NCBI GenBank assembly: GCA_963797025.1
Contig: CAWCNU010000003.1
Span: 255,255-319,254, forward strand
DNA: 64,000 nucleotides
DNA from: an uncultured Actinomycetes bacterium
Lineage (GTDB): Bacteria; Actinomycetota; Thermoleophilia; Solirubrobacterales; Solirubrobacteraceae
Direction of reading: 5' to 3'
Part shown: piece after piece, positions 36,456 to 45,035 of the stretch
Numbering within the stretch: the first letter of the stretch is position 1
Layout of the letters: every line of letters begins with the position of its first letter
Program-made: the position numbers and the translations under genes
Notes under the pieces: generated by a model
The model's input: the letters and a program-made list of their open reading frames with translations, nothing else
Told to the model about the DNA's origin: nothing
The model's database searches: none

Positions 36456-38248
36456 GACGCGGCGCCCGCGCGCTGGCCTGCGCGCTTCTCGCGCTGCTCG
36501 CCCTCCCCACGGGGGCGTGGGCGCACGCGACGCTCGTCGACACCGTGCCCCAGCGCGGGCAGACGCTGCAGGTGCAGCCGCGCCAGATCGTGCTGCACTT
36601 CAGCGAGTCCGTCGAGGGCAACTTCGGCGCCGTGCAGGTCTTCGACGCCGCCGCCGAGCGCGTCGACGACGCCCGCACCGTGCATCCGGGCGGCAGCGGC
36701 TCGCGACTGGCGATCGGGCTGAAGCCGAACCTGCCCGACGGCACGTACGTCGCGACGTACCGCGTCATCTCGGCCGACGGCCATCCGGTCTCCGGCGGCC
36801 TCGTCTTCTCGATCGGGGCGCCGGGGGCCGCCGCGGCGCCGACGGTCGCAGAGCTCATCGGCGACTCGAACGCGGGTCCCGGCACGCAGGGCGCATTCGG
36901 CGTCGCGCGCGGTGTGAACTACCTCGCGACGGCCCTCGCGCTCGGCGGCCTCGCGTTCCTGCTCGCCGTCTGGCTGCCGGCGCTGCGCGCCGCCGCCGGG
37001 TCGCAGGACGAGTGGCGCGAGGCCGCGGCCGCGTTCCTGCGGCGCCTGCGCCGGCTCCTGCTCGGCGCCTGCGCGCTCGGGATCTTCAGCGGGGCCGCCG
37101 GCATCGTCCTGCAGGGTGCGACGGCCGGCGCGACGAGCGGCTGGGAGGCCCTGTCGCCGGGCGTCGTCGGCGACGTCCTCGGCACGCGCTTCGGCGAGGT
37201 GTGGGGCGCGCGGATGCTCGCCTTCGCGGTCCTCGCCGGTGCCGTCGCGCTGGCGCTGCGCGGCGCGCGCGAGCCGTCCGCCGCCGGGCTGCGCTCGGTC
37301 GCGCTCGGCGCCGACGGCCTCGCCGCGCCCGGCGTCCCGCGCGGTCCGCTCCTGCTCGCGGCGGTCCCCGCGGCGTTCATCGCGATCGCGCCGGCGCTCG
37401 CCGGTCACGCGAGCGTCCAGTCGCCGGTCGCGCTGCTCTTCACGCTCGACGTCGCGCACGTCCTCGCGATGAGCGCCTGGATCGGCGGCCTCGTCGTCCT
37501 GCTGGTCGCGCTGCCCCGCGCGACGCGGCAACTGGCGGAGGGCGATCGTGCGCGCCTGCTGTCGCCGGCGCTCGAGCGCTTCTCGGCGATCGCGCTGCTG
37601 TGCGTCGTCGTGCTGCTCGTCACCGGCACGATCCAGTCGATCGTCCACATCGGGTCCTGGAGCGCCGTGCTCGACACGGGCTTCGGGCGCGCGGTCGTCA
37701 TCAAGGTCGCGCTGCTTGTCGCGCTCGTCGTCCTCGGCGCCGTCAACCGCCGCCGCGTCATCCCGGCGCTGCGCCGGGCCGCCGAGGCCGGCGCCGCGCC
37801 GGGCGCCGCCGGGCACCTGCTGCGCCGGACGCTGCGCGCCGAGGTCCTGCTCGTCGTCACGGTCCTCGGCGTGACGTCCGCGCTCGTGAGCTACCCGCCG
37901 CCCGAATCGCTGGCCGCAGGCCCGTTCGGCGCGACGACGAAGCTCGGGCCGCTGAGCCTCGAGGTCACGATGGACCCCGCGCGCGTCGGCCCCAACGAGC
38001 TTCATCTCTATGTCCTCCGCGCGAGCGACGGCACCCCGTTTCAGGCGACGAAGGAGCTGACGGTCACGCTCTCGCTCCCGTCCAGGCGCATCGGGCCGCT
38101 GCCGGCGACCGCGCGCGCGGCCGGACCCGGCCACTACGTCGTCGACACCGTCCAGCTCGTCCCGGCGGGCGACTGGACGCTCGCCGTCACGAGCCGCGTC
38201 TCGGAGTTCGACGAGTACACGACCTCGCTGAAGGTCCCGGTGCGGTGA
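36452..38248 (+). CDS. CopC-CopD fusion copper resistance/uptake protein (YcnJ-like) with an extra C-terminal extracytoplasmic domain
   Basis: Signal peptide ...PTGAWA, then HATLVDTVPQRGQTL...YRVISADGHPVSG (CopC), followed by about eight TM helices (CopD). Confidence 0.85.
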   Translation: MRRGARALACALLALLALPTGAWAHATLVDTVPQRGQTLQVQPRQIVLHFSESVEGNFGAVQVFDAAAERVDDARTVHPGGSGSRLAIGLKPNLPDGTYVATYRVISADGHPVSGGLVFSIGAPGAAAAPTVAELIGDSNAGPGTQGAFGVARGVNYLATALALGGLAFLLAVWLPALRAAAGSQDEWREAAAAFLRRLRRLLLGACALGIFSGAAGIVLQGATAGATSGWEALSPGVVGDVLGTRFGEVWGARMLAFAVLAGAVALALRGAREPSAAGLRSVALGADGLAAPGVPRGPLLLAAVPAAFIAIAPALAGHASVQSPVALLFTLDVAHVLAMSAWIGGLVVLLVALPRATRQLAEGDRARLLSPALERFSAIALLCVVVLLVTGTIQSIVHIGSWSAVLDTGFGRAVVIKVALLVALVVLGAVNRRRVIPALRRAAEAGAAPGAAGHLLRRTLRAEVLLVVTVLGVTSALVSYPPPESLAAGPFGATTKLGPLSLEVTMDPARVGPNELHLYVLRASDGTPFQATKELTVTLSLPSRRIGPLPATARAAGPGHYVVDTVQLVPAGDWTLAVTSRVSEFDEYTTSLKVPVR

Positions 38249-38511
38249 CGCTCGCCGTCCTCGTCTCCGTGGCGCCGCTGCTCGCGCTGCTGTGCGCGCT
38301 GCTGCTGCGCCGCTACCCCGGCGAGCAGGCGATCACGTTGCTGCGCTCCCGCCGCGCGCCGGTCGCCGCCCAGCGCCCCCGCGGGCCGGCGCGGCTCGTG
38401 CGCCACCGCTCGCAGGCGCTGCTGCCGCGCGGGGGCCGGCTCGTCGCCGCCGCGGTCGCCGCGCGACCGCCGCCACGGTGGATGACACGCCCCACACCGT
38501 CATCCATCTGA
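38245..38511 (+). CDS. Small membrane protein, PRGGRL...RPPP family, copy c
   Basis: The GTG at 38245 overlaps the copCD stop (GTGA). One TM helix, ...RRYPGEQAITLL..., and the C-terminal LLPRGGRLVAAAVAARPPP. Confidence 0.55.
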   Translation: MTLAVLVSVAPLLALLCALLLRRYPGEQAITLLRSRRAPVAAQRPRGPARLVRHRSQALLPRGGRLVAAAVAARPPPRWMTRPTPSSI

Positions 38512-38530
38512 TCCAGCAAGGAGCCACACC

Positions 38531-39199
38531 ATGAACCGCAAGACCAGCACCATCGCCGCGGCGGCCATCGCCGTCGCGCTCACGCTGCCGGCCGCCGCCG
38601 GAGCGCACGTCACGTTGCAGCCCAGCGAAGCCCCCGCCGGCGGCTTCACCCGCCTCGACGTCCGCGTGCCCAACGAGGACGCGTCGAAGGCGACGACGAA
38701 GATCGAGCTGCAGATGCCGCCCGGCTTCGCCAGCGCGTCGTACGAGCCGGTGCCCGGTTGGGACATCGCGACCGCCACCCGCAAGCTCGCCACCCCGGTG
38801 ACGACCGACGAGGGCGACACGGTGACCGAGGAGGTCTCCAAGCTCACGTTCACGGCCACCGGCGACGGCATCGGGCCCGGCGAGTTCCAGGACTTCGGCC
38901 TCTCGGTCGGGCTCCCGGACAAGGCCGGCTCGAAGCTGACGTTCAAGGCCATCCAGACGTACGAGGGCAACAAGGTCGTTCGCTGGATCGGCGCGCCCGG
39001 CAGCGACCGTCCCGCGCCGCAGGTGACGCTCGTCGCCGACAGCGGCGACGAGGCCGCGCCGGCGACGCCGGCCGCCGCCGCCACGGCGTCCGACGACGAC
39101 GAGGACGACGAGGGCAACACGCTGCCGATCATCGCGCTGATCGTCGGCGCGCTGGGCCTCCTGGCGGGCGGCGCCGCGCTCGTGCGCGCGCGCGGCTAG
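38531..39199 (+). CDS. ycnI: YcnI (DUF1775) copper-binding protein, membrane anchored
   Basis: Signal peptide ...LPAAAGA, then HVTLQPSEAPAGGFTRLDVRVPNEDA...FKAIQTYEGNKVVRWIG..., an acidic linker and a C-terminal TM helix. Confidence 0.85.
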   Translation: MNRKTSTIAAAAIAVALTLPAAAGAHVTLQPSEAPAGGFTRLDVRVPNEDASKATTKIELQMPPGFASASYEPVPGWDIATATRKLATPVTTDEGDTVTEEVSKLTFTATGDGIGPGEFQDFGLSVGLPDKAGSKLTFKAIQTYEGNKVVRWIGAPGSDRPAPQVTLVADSGDEAAPATPAAAATASDDDEDDEGNTLPIIALIVGALGLLAGGAALVRARG

Positions 39200-39214
39200 G
39201 ACGACGAGTTGCGC

Positions 39215-39240
39215 GGGGCGGGCCGGCAGCGGCCCGTCTC
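39215..39240. terminator. GC-rich hairpin between convergent genes (possible bidirectional terminator)
   Basis: GGGCCG-GCAG-CGGCCC core (39220-39235) extended by G-C and G-U pairs. There is no clear U-tract. Confidence 0.35.
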
Positions 39241-39244
39241 GCCG

Positions 39245-39565
39245 CTACTCCTCGTCGAGCTCGTCGGCCGCGGGCGGCTCGTTCTCGTCGTCGTCGACGA
39301 TGTCGTCGCCGGCGTCGAGGCTCGACGCGCCCGCGCCGTGGCGGACCTGGAAGGCCTGCATGAGCTCGTCGCGGACGTTCTCGTCGATCGGCGACTCGTC
39401 GGAGATCAGCACCCAGTCGGCTCCCTCGAAGTCCTCGAGATTGAAGATCTCGGTGTCGACGTCCGGCGAGTCGTCGATGACGACGAGCACCTCGGTCTGC
39501 GGGTTGAAGTACGTCCCCGGGCGGTTGAGGATGTCCTCGAGGTCGAATTGGCGAGGGTTGGCCAT
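39245..39565 (-). CDS. Small highly acidic cytoplasmic protein of unknown function
   Basis: 106 aa, Asp/Glu-rich (...VVIDDSPDVDTEIFNLEDFEGADWVLISDESPIDENV...DDIVDDDENEPPAADELDEE). Confidence 0.55.
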   Translation of the reverse strand: MANPRQFDLEDILNRPGTYFNPQTEVLVVIDDSPDVDTEIFNLEDFEGADWVLISDESPIDENVRDELMQAFQVRHGAGASSLDAGDDIVDDDENEPPAADELDEE

Positions 39566-39578
39566 GCGGCTATCTCTA

Positions 39579-39980
39579 TCAGTTCAGCTCTGCGATGCGC
39601 CGCTGCACCTCGGCTTCGACGTCCAGCGGCTCCTGGCCCGCCCGTACCCGGCGGTGGTTTCGCGCAACCACGAGGTCGCGGACCTCCGCGCGCAGTGCCG
39701 CGTCGACCGCGGGCGGGTCGACCGCCGCGAGCTCGGTCTCGAGGTCGACCGGCGCCTCTCCGCGGCGGGCGCGGCGCGCGTTGCGGGCCTCGAGCATCTG
39801 GCGGATCTCCTCGTCGCGCTCGGCCGCAGCGCCCGCACCGGGCGCGTCGTCGCTGTCGTGGGTCAGGCCGCCGCCCCCGATCTCGCGGTAGTTGCGCGCG
39901 GTGCCCGCGAGGGTGATGAGCGCGACGATCCCCCCGACCGCCGCAACGACCCAGACGAGCGTCCCGAGAGCGTCCTCCAT
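39579..39980 (-). CDS. N-terminally anchored small protein with an internal tandem repeat
   Basis: 133 aa. TM segment LVWVVAAVGGIVALITLAG, then two copies of about 27 aa: EIRQMLEARNARRARRGEAPVDLETEL and EVRDLVVARNHRRVRAGQEPLDVEAEV. Confidence 0.55.
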   Translation of the reverse strand: MEDALGTLVWVVAAVGGIVALITLAGTARNYREIGGGGLTHDSDDAPGAGAAAERDEEIRQMLEARNARRARRGEAPVDLETELAAVDPPAVDAALRAEVRDLVVARNHRRVRAGQEPLDVEAEVQRRIAELN

Positions 39981-40084
39981 GACCGTATGTTCGCATTTGC
40001 TGTGACCTCCGCTACGCTGCGGGGTACTAGCGTTGACTGACCAGTCAATCTAGAGCCTTCACTCTCTCTCCAGGAGCCCACCCC

Positions 40085-41257
40085 ATGGTCGATTTCACGC
40101 TCACAGACGAGCAGAAGAGCCTTCGCGAGCTGGCCCACGACTTCGCCGCGAAGGAGATCCGCCCGGTCGCCTGGGAGCTCGACCGGGACGGCAGCTGGCC
40201 GCAGGCGATCATCGACAAGGCCCACGAGGTCGGCCTCATGAACACCCACATCCCCGAGGAGTACGGCGGCGCCGGCCTGAACTACTTCGAGGGCTGCCTC
40301 ATCGAGGAGGAGCTCTCCTGGGGCTGCTCGGGCGTGCAGACGTCGCTCGGCGCCAACGGCCTGGCCTCCGCGCCCGTCATGATCGGCGGCTCCGAGGAGG
40401 TCAAGCGCGAGTTCGGCGAGGAGCTCGTCGCCTCGCCGAAGCTCGCGTCCTTCTGCCTCACCGAGCCCGACGCCGGCTCCGACGTCAGCGGCATGCGCAC
40501 GCGCGCGGTCCGCAAGGGCGACAAGTACGTCATCAACGGCTCGAAGTGCTTCATCACGAACGGCAGCTACGCCGACTTCTTCGTCGTCTACGCCAAGACC
40601 GACCCGGAGGCCGGCCACCGCGGCATCTCCGCCTTCCTCGTCCGCAAGGACGACACGGTCATCGTGGACAAGAAGGAGGACAAGATGGGCCAGCGGGCGT
40701 CGAACACCGCGACGATCACGTTCAACGAGACCGAGATCGACGCGCGCTACCTGCTCGGCGAGGAGAACAAGGGCTTCAAGCTCGCGATGATGGTCCTCGA
40801 CCGCACGCGTCCCGGCGTCGCCGCCATGGCGACGGGCATCTCGCGCGCGGCCTTCGAGTTCGCGACGGAGTACTCCAAGGAGCGCGTCCAGTTCGGCGTG
40901 CCGATCGCGATGCATCAGGCGATCCAGTTCATGATCGCCGACATGGCGACGAAGGTGCACCTCTCGCGCCTGGCGACGTGGAACAGCGCCGTGCTGCTCG
41001 ACCAGGGCAAGCGCAACACGCTCGAGTCCTCGCACGCCAAGCGCTTCGCCGCCGACAGCGCGATGGAGGTCGCCACCGACGCCGTCCAGGTCTACGGCGG
41101 CTACGGCTTCATCAAGGACTACCCCGTCGAGAAGCTCATGCGCGACGCGAAGATCATGCAGCTCTACGAGGGCACGTCGCAGATCCAGCGGCTCGTCATC
41201 GCCCGCGAGACGCTGCTGCCGCGGCGCATCGAGGAGCCGGCGACCGCGACCGCGTAG
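40085..41257 (+). CDS. Acyl-CoA dehydrogenase
   Basis: MVDFTLTDEQKSLRELAHDFAAKEIRP...CLTEPDAGSDVSGMRT...QVYGGYGFIKDYPVEKLMRDAKIMQLYEGTSQIQR. Confidence 0.9.
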   Translation: MVDFTLTDEQKSLRELAHDFAAKEIRPVAWELDRDGSWPQAIIDKAHEVGLMNTHIPEEYGGAGLNYFEGCLIEEELSWGCSGVQTSLGANGLASAPVMIGGSEEVKREFGEELVASPKLASFCLTEPDAGSDVSGMRTRAVRKGDKYVINGSKCFITNGSYADFFVVYAKTDPEAGHRGISAFLVRKDDTVIVDKKEDKMGQRASNTATITFNETEIDARYLLGEENKGFKLAMMVLDRTRPGVAAMATGISRAAFEFATEYSKERVQFGVPIAMHQAIQFMIADMATKVHLSRLATWNSAVLLDQGKRNTLESSHAKRFAADSAMEVATDAVQVYGGYGFIKDYPVEKLMRDAKIMQLYEGTSQIQRLVIARETLLPRRIEEPATATA

Positions 41258-41328
41258 CGGCCGGTTTCTCCAGCGCATGACCGGAACGCCCGCCGCCGCG
41301 GCCCGCCGCGGCGGGCATACTGCGGGCG

Positions 41329-41790
41329 ATGGCCCCACGCCGAGTCTCGACCGAGGCGGCCGTCGCCGAGACGGCCGCCCGCAGCGACGTCCGCGCCGCG
41401 GCGGGAGCGCGCGCGGCCGCGAGCGGGGGCCCCGGCTCGGCCGATCCGCTGCTCGCAGGCCTGCGCAAGGCCGGGCTGCTGCGGCTGCTCGTCCTGCACC
41501 TGCTCGGCGCGGGCCCGTCGTACGGCAACCAGCTCATGGAGCGGGTGGGCGAGCTGACCGGCGGGCTCGTCGCGGTCAACCCGAACACGATGTATCCGCT
41601 GTTGCGCGCGCTGGAGGCCGACAGCCTCGTGGCGGGGGAGTGGGAGCACCCCGAGCGCCGCTCGCGGCGCTTCTACCGCCTGACGGACGCCGGCGGGGCC
41701 GAACGCGACCGGCTCGCCCTGGAGATCGTCCCGCACCTGGACGAGCTGGCGGCGGCGGTCGCGCTCATCCGCGGCGAGCTGCTGGGCTGA
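41329..41790 (+). CDS. PadR family transcriptional regulator
   Basis: ...LLRLLVLHLLGAGPSYGNQLMERV...VNPNTMYPLLRALEADSLVAGEWEH...RRFYRLTDAG... The start is uncertain because the N-terminal extension is long. Confidence 0.8.
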   Translation: MAPRRVSTEAAVAETAARSDVRAAAGARAAASGGPGSADPLLAGLRKAGLLRLLVLHLLGAGPSYGNQLMERVGELTGGLVAVNPNTMYPLLRALEADSLVAGEWEHPERRSRRFYRLTDAGGAERDRLALEIVPHLDELAAAVALIRGELLG

Positions 41791-41795
41791 GGACG

Positions 41796-42254
41796 ATGCG
41801 CGCGATCGCAGCGCGCCGCGTGCTGCCGGGCGCGAGCGTCGGCGAGGCCGAGGCGCTGTGGCTCGACCTGCGCCGCTGGCCGGGCTTCGTCGACGGCTTC
41901 GCGAGCGTCGGGCGCCTGGAGGGCGACTGGCCGCAGCCGGGAACCCGCCTGCTCTGGGACTCGCGCCCCGGCGGCCGTGGCCGCGTCGCCGAGCGCGTCG
42001 AAGCGTACGAGCCGGGATCGCGCCTCGTCACGAGCGTCGAGGACGCGCAGCTGCTCGGGACGCAGTCGGTCGCCTTCGCCGAGCTCGGCGGCGGCTGTGA
42101 GATGACGCTCGAGCTCGCCTACGAGCTCAAGCGCCCCGGCTTCGGCGGCGTCCTGACCGATCTGTTCTTCGTCCGCCGTGCGCTGCGCGAGTCGCTGCGG
42201 CGCACGCTCGGACGATTCGCGATCGAGCTGCGGGCCGATCGCGAGCTGACTTAG
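41796..42254 (+). CDS. SRPBCC (START/polyketide-cyclase-like) family protein
   Basis: The ATG at 41796 in ORF 41277..42254 gives 152 aa. ...EALWLDLRRWPGFVDGF... is typical of the fold family. Confidence 0.6.
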   Translation: MRAIAARRVLPGASVGEAEALWLDLRRWPGFVDGFASVGRLEGDWPQPGTRLLWDSRPGGRGRVAERVEAYEPGSRLVTSVEDAQLLGTQSVAFAELGGGCEMTLELAYELKRPGFGGVLTDLFFVRRALRESLRRTLGRFAIELRADRELT

Positions 42255-42284
42255 CCACCAAGAGAAACGAAGGAGCCTGAAAGC

Positions 42285-44276
42285 GTGTTCGTGTTCAAGG
42301 CCGCGGTTGTCGGAGCAGGGACGATGGGCGGCGAGATCGCCCAGGTCATCGCCTCGGCGGGAATCCCGGTGGTCCTCAAGGACGTCAAGCAGGAGTTCGT
42401 CGATGTCGGGCTCGCGAAGGCCGGCGAGGTCACCCGGGCGCAGCTCGGCGTGCTCGTCCACAAGCAGAAGATCACCCAGGAGCAGGCCGACGCGCAGGCC
42501 GAGGAGATCCTCGGGCGCATCACCGGGACGACTGGGTACGAGGGCTTCGGCGACGTCGACTTCGTCATCGAGGCGGTCCCCGAGCGCATGGCGATCAAGC
42601 AGGCCGTCATGGCCGAGCTCGACGCCGTGACGCCGGGCCACGCGATCCTCGCGTCGAACACCTCGGCGCTGTCGATCAGCGAGATGGCCGACGCGACGAG
42701 CCGCCCCGACAAGGTCGTCGGCTTCCACTTCTTCTATCCCGCGTCGATGATGCGCCTCGTCGAGATCGTCGAGGGCGCCGACACGTCGCCCGAGACGATG
42801 CAGGCCGCGACGACGTTCGCCCAGGCGATCCGCAAGCTGCCGATCGCCTGCGGCGAGCAGCCGGGCTTCGTCGTCAACCGCATCCTGACCTCGGCGATCG
42901 GCGAGGTCTTTCGCTGGCAGGAGGAGAGCGGCATCTCGATCAAGGCGATCGACGACTCGGTCTCGGCGTCGCGGATCGCGCCGATGGGCCCGTTCTTCCT
43001 CACCGACCTGCTCGGCCTCGACACGGTCCTGCACGTCGCCGAGCACCTGCACGCCTCCTACGGCGACAGCTTCTACGTCCACACCGGGATGCAGGCGCTC
43101 GTCCAGGCCGGCGAGCTCGGCGCGAAGACGGGCGGCAAGGGGTTCTACGAGAACGGCCAGCCGCGGAGCGAGGGCGAGACGGAGTTCGACGGCGACGAGC
43201 TCGCCCAGCGCTTCATCCTCAAGGCGTTCGTCGAGGCCTGCCTCGTGCTCGAGGAGGGCGTCGCCACGACGCGCGACATCGACCTCGGCATGATGGCCGG
43301 CGCGGGGCTCATCCCGCCGCCGTTCGCGCGCGCCGACCAGACCGGCCTGGACGAGGTCCTCGCAGCGCTCGAGCGCGCGGAGGAGGAGTGGGGCGAGCGC
43401 TACGCGCCGCCGCTCATCCTGCGCCGCCTCGTCGCGCAGGGGCGCCTGGGCGCGAAGACCGGCCAGGGCTTCTTCCCCTACAAGCGCCCGGACGAGGGCT
43501 TCGAGCAGGGCGAGGCGGTGCAGCTGGAGACGCGCGGTGCGACCGCCATCGCGTGGCTCGACCGCCCGCCGGCGAACTCGCTGTCGCCGCAGGTGATCTC
43601 CGAGCTCGGCCGCATCTGGGACCACGTCGAGTCCGACGACTCGATCCGCGCGCTCGTCATCGCGTCGGCGAACCCGATGCTCTTCTGCGCCGGCGCCGAC
43701 ATCAAGGCGTTCACGCAGATGGATCCCGAGAGCGGGGCGGCGATGCTCCACGACGCCCACGCGCTGCTGCGCCGGATGGAGAGCTCGTCGACGGTGACGC
43801 TCGCGGCGGTCAACGCCGTGGCGTTCGGCGGCGGCTGCGAGCTGGCGATGGGCTGCGACGTGCGGATCGCGGCGCACTCGGCGAGCTTCGGCCAGCCGGA
43901 GGTCAGCCTCGGGATCATCCCGGGCTTCGGCGGCACGCAGCGCCTGCCGCGCCTCATCGGCACCGCGCGCGCGCTCGAGCTCAACCTCACCGGCGATCCG
44001 ATCTCCGGCGCGGAGGCGTTCGAGATCGGCCTCGTCAACCGCGTCGTGCCCGACCACGAGCTGTTCGACGTCACGCTCGCGTGGGCGCGCAAGCTCGGCG
44101 GCCAGGCGCCGCTGGCCGTCGGCGCGATCAAGCGCACGACCGCCGGCGACGCCGATCTCGACGAGGGCATCGAGGCCGAGAAGGCCGCCTTCGCCGAGGT
44201 CTTCCAGAGCGCCGACGCGCGCGAGGGCATCGGCGCGTTCCTCGGCAAGCGCAAGCCCGCGTGGAAGGGCGAGTAG
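42285..44276 (+). CDS. Bifunctional 3-hydroxyacyl-CoA dehydrogenase / enoyl-CoA hydratase
   Basis: N-terminal NAD fold VVGAGTMGGEIAQVIASAGIPVVLKD. C-terminal crotonase segment ...FCAGADIKAF...AFGGGCELAMGCD... Confidence 0.9.
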   Translation: MFVFKAAVVGAGTMGGEIAQVIASAGIPVVLKDVKQEFVDVGLAKAGEVTRAQLGVLVHKQKITQEQADAQAEEILGRITGTTGYEGFGDVDFVIEAVPERMAIKQAVMAELDAVTPGHAILASNTSALSISEMADATSRPDKVVGFHFFYPASMMRLVEIVEGADTSPETMQAATTFAQAIRKLPIACGEQPGFVVNRILTSAIGEVFRWQEESGISIKAIDDSVSASRIAPMGPFFLTDLLGLDTVLHVAEHLHASYGDSFYVHTGMQALVQAGELGAKTGGKGFYENGQPRSEGETEFDGDELAQRFILKAFVEACLVLEEGVATTRDIDLGMMAGAGLIPPPFARADQTGLDEVLAALERAEEEWGERYAPPLILRRLVAQGRLGAKTGQGFFPYKRPDEGFEQGEAVQLETRGATAIAWLDRPPANSLSPQVISELGRIWDHVESDDSIRALVIASANPMLFCAGADIKAFTQMDPESGAAMLHDAHALLRRMESSSTVTLAAVNAVAFGGGCELAMGCDVRIAAHSASFGQPEVSLGIIPGFGGTQRLPRLIGTARALELNLTGDPISGAEAFEIGLVNRVVPDHELFDVTLAWARKLGGQAPLAVGAIKRTTAGDADLDEGIEAEKAAFAEVFQSADAREGIGAFLGKRKPAWKGE

Positions 44277-45016
44277 CGCACGACGACGTCGCGACGCTGG
44301 CGGAGCTCGTGCGCTCCGCCGCGTCGGTCGTCGCGCTGACCGGCGCCGGGATCTCGGTTCCCTCAGGGATCCCGGACTTCCGCTCGCCCGGCACCGGCAT
44401 GTGGGAGAACGTCGACCCGATGAAGGTCGCGCACATCGACGCGTGGCGCGCCGACCCGGAGGCCTTCTGGCGCTTCTACGGCAACCGCTTCCAGACGCTC
44501 GGCGACAAGCAGCCCAACGGCGCGCACGAGGCGCTGGCCGAGCTCGAGCGCCGCGGCCTGCTCGACGCCGTCATCACGCAGAACATCGACGAGCTCCACG
44601 GCCGTGCCGGCAGCCGCGACGTCATCGAGGTGCACGGCTCGATCGCGTCGAGCTCGTGCCTGGACTGCGGGGCGCGCTTCGGCTTCGTGGAGGTCATCGC
44701 CCGCATCGGAGACGTCGTCGTGCCGGCCTGTGACTGCGGCCGGCCGCTGAAGCCGGACGTCGTGCTGTTCGGCGAGCTCCTCGATCCCGCTGCGCTCGCG
44801 CGCGCGAGCGAGCTCGCCGCCGGCGCCGAGCTGCTGCTCTGCGTCGGCTCGTCGCTGGAGGTCTATCCCGTCGCCCAGCTGCCGGAGCTCACGCTGCGCG
44901 CCGGCGGCGCGATCGCGATCGTCACGCAGGGCCCGACGCCCTACGACGCCTACGCCGCGGTGAAGCTCGCCGGGGACGTCGAGCACGAGCTGCGCGCGCT
45001 CGTCGCCGCGCTGTGA
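44261..45016 (+). CDS. cobB: NAD-dependent protein deacylase, Sir2/CobB type
   Basis: ...ALTGAGISVPSGIPDFRS...ITQNIDELH...VHGS...CLDCG...CDCG (Zn ribbon)...PDVVLFGE... The start is taken as GTG 44261 and is uncertain. Confidence 0.85.
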   Translation: MEGRVAHDDVATLAELVRSAASVVALTGAGISVPSGIPDFRSPGTGMWENVDPMKVAHIDAWRADPEAFWRFYGNRFQTLGDKQPNGAHEALAELERRGLLDAVITQNIDELHGRAGSRDVIEVHGSIASSSCLDCGARFGFVEVIARIGDVVVPACDCGRPLKPDVVLFGELLDPAALARASELAAGAELLLCVGSSLEVYPVAQLPELTLRAGGAIAIVTQGPTPYDAYAAVKLAGDVEHELRALVAAL

Positions 45017-45035
45017 GCGCGCGAGATCGCGCCAC

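Noticed and set aside
44261-45016. The Sir2-domain protein as an NAD-depleting anti-phage effector, possibly with the adjacent 291-aa unknown.
   Set aside because: It is a short CobB-type sirtuin with an intact Zn ribbon (CLDCG...CDCG). It overlaps the end of a beta-oxidation gene on the same strand. The 291-aa gene is on the opposite strand and belongs with the hydrolase. No defence-type partner domains are present.
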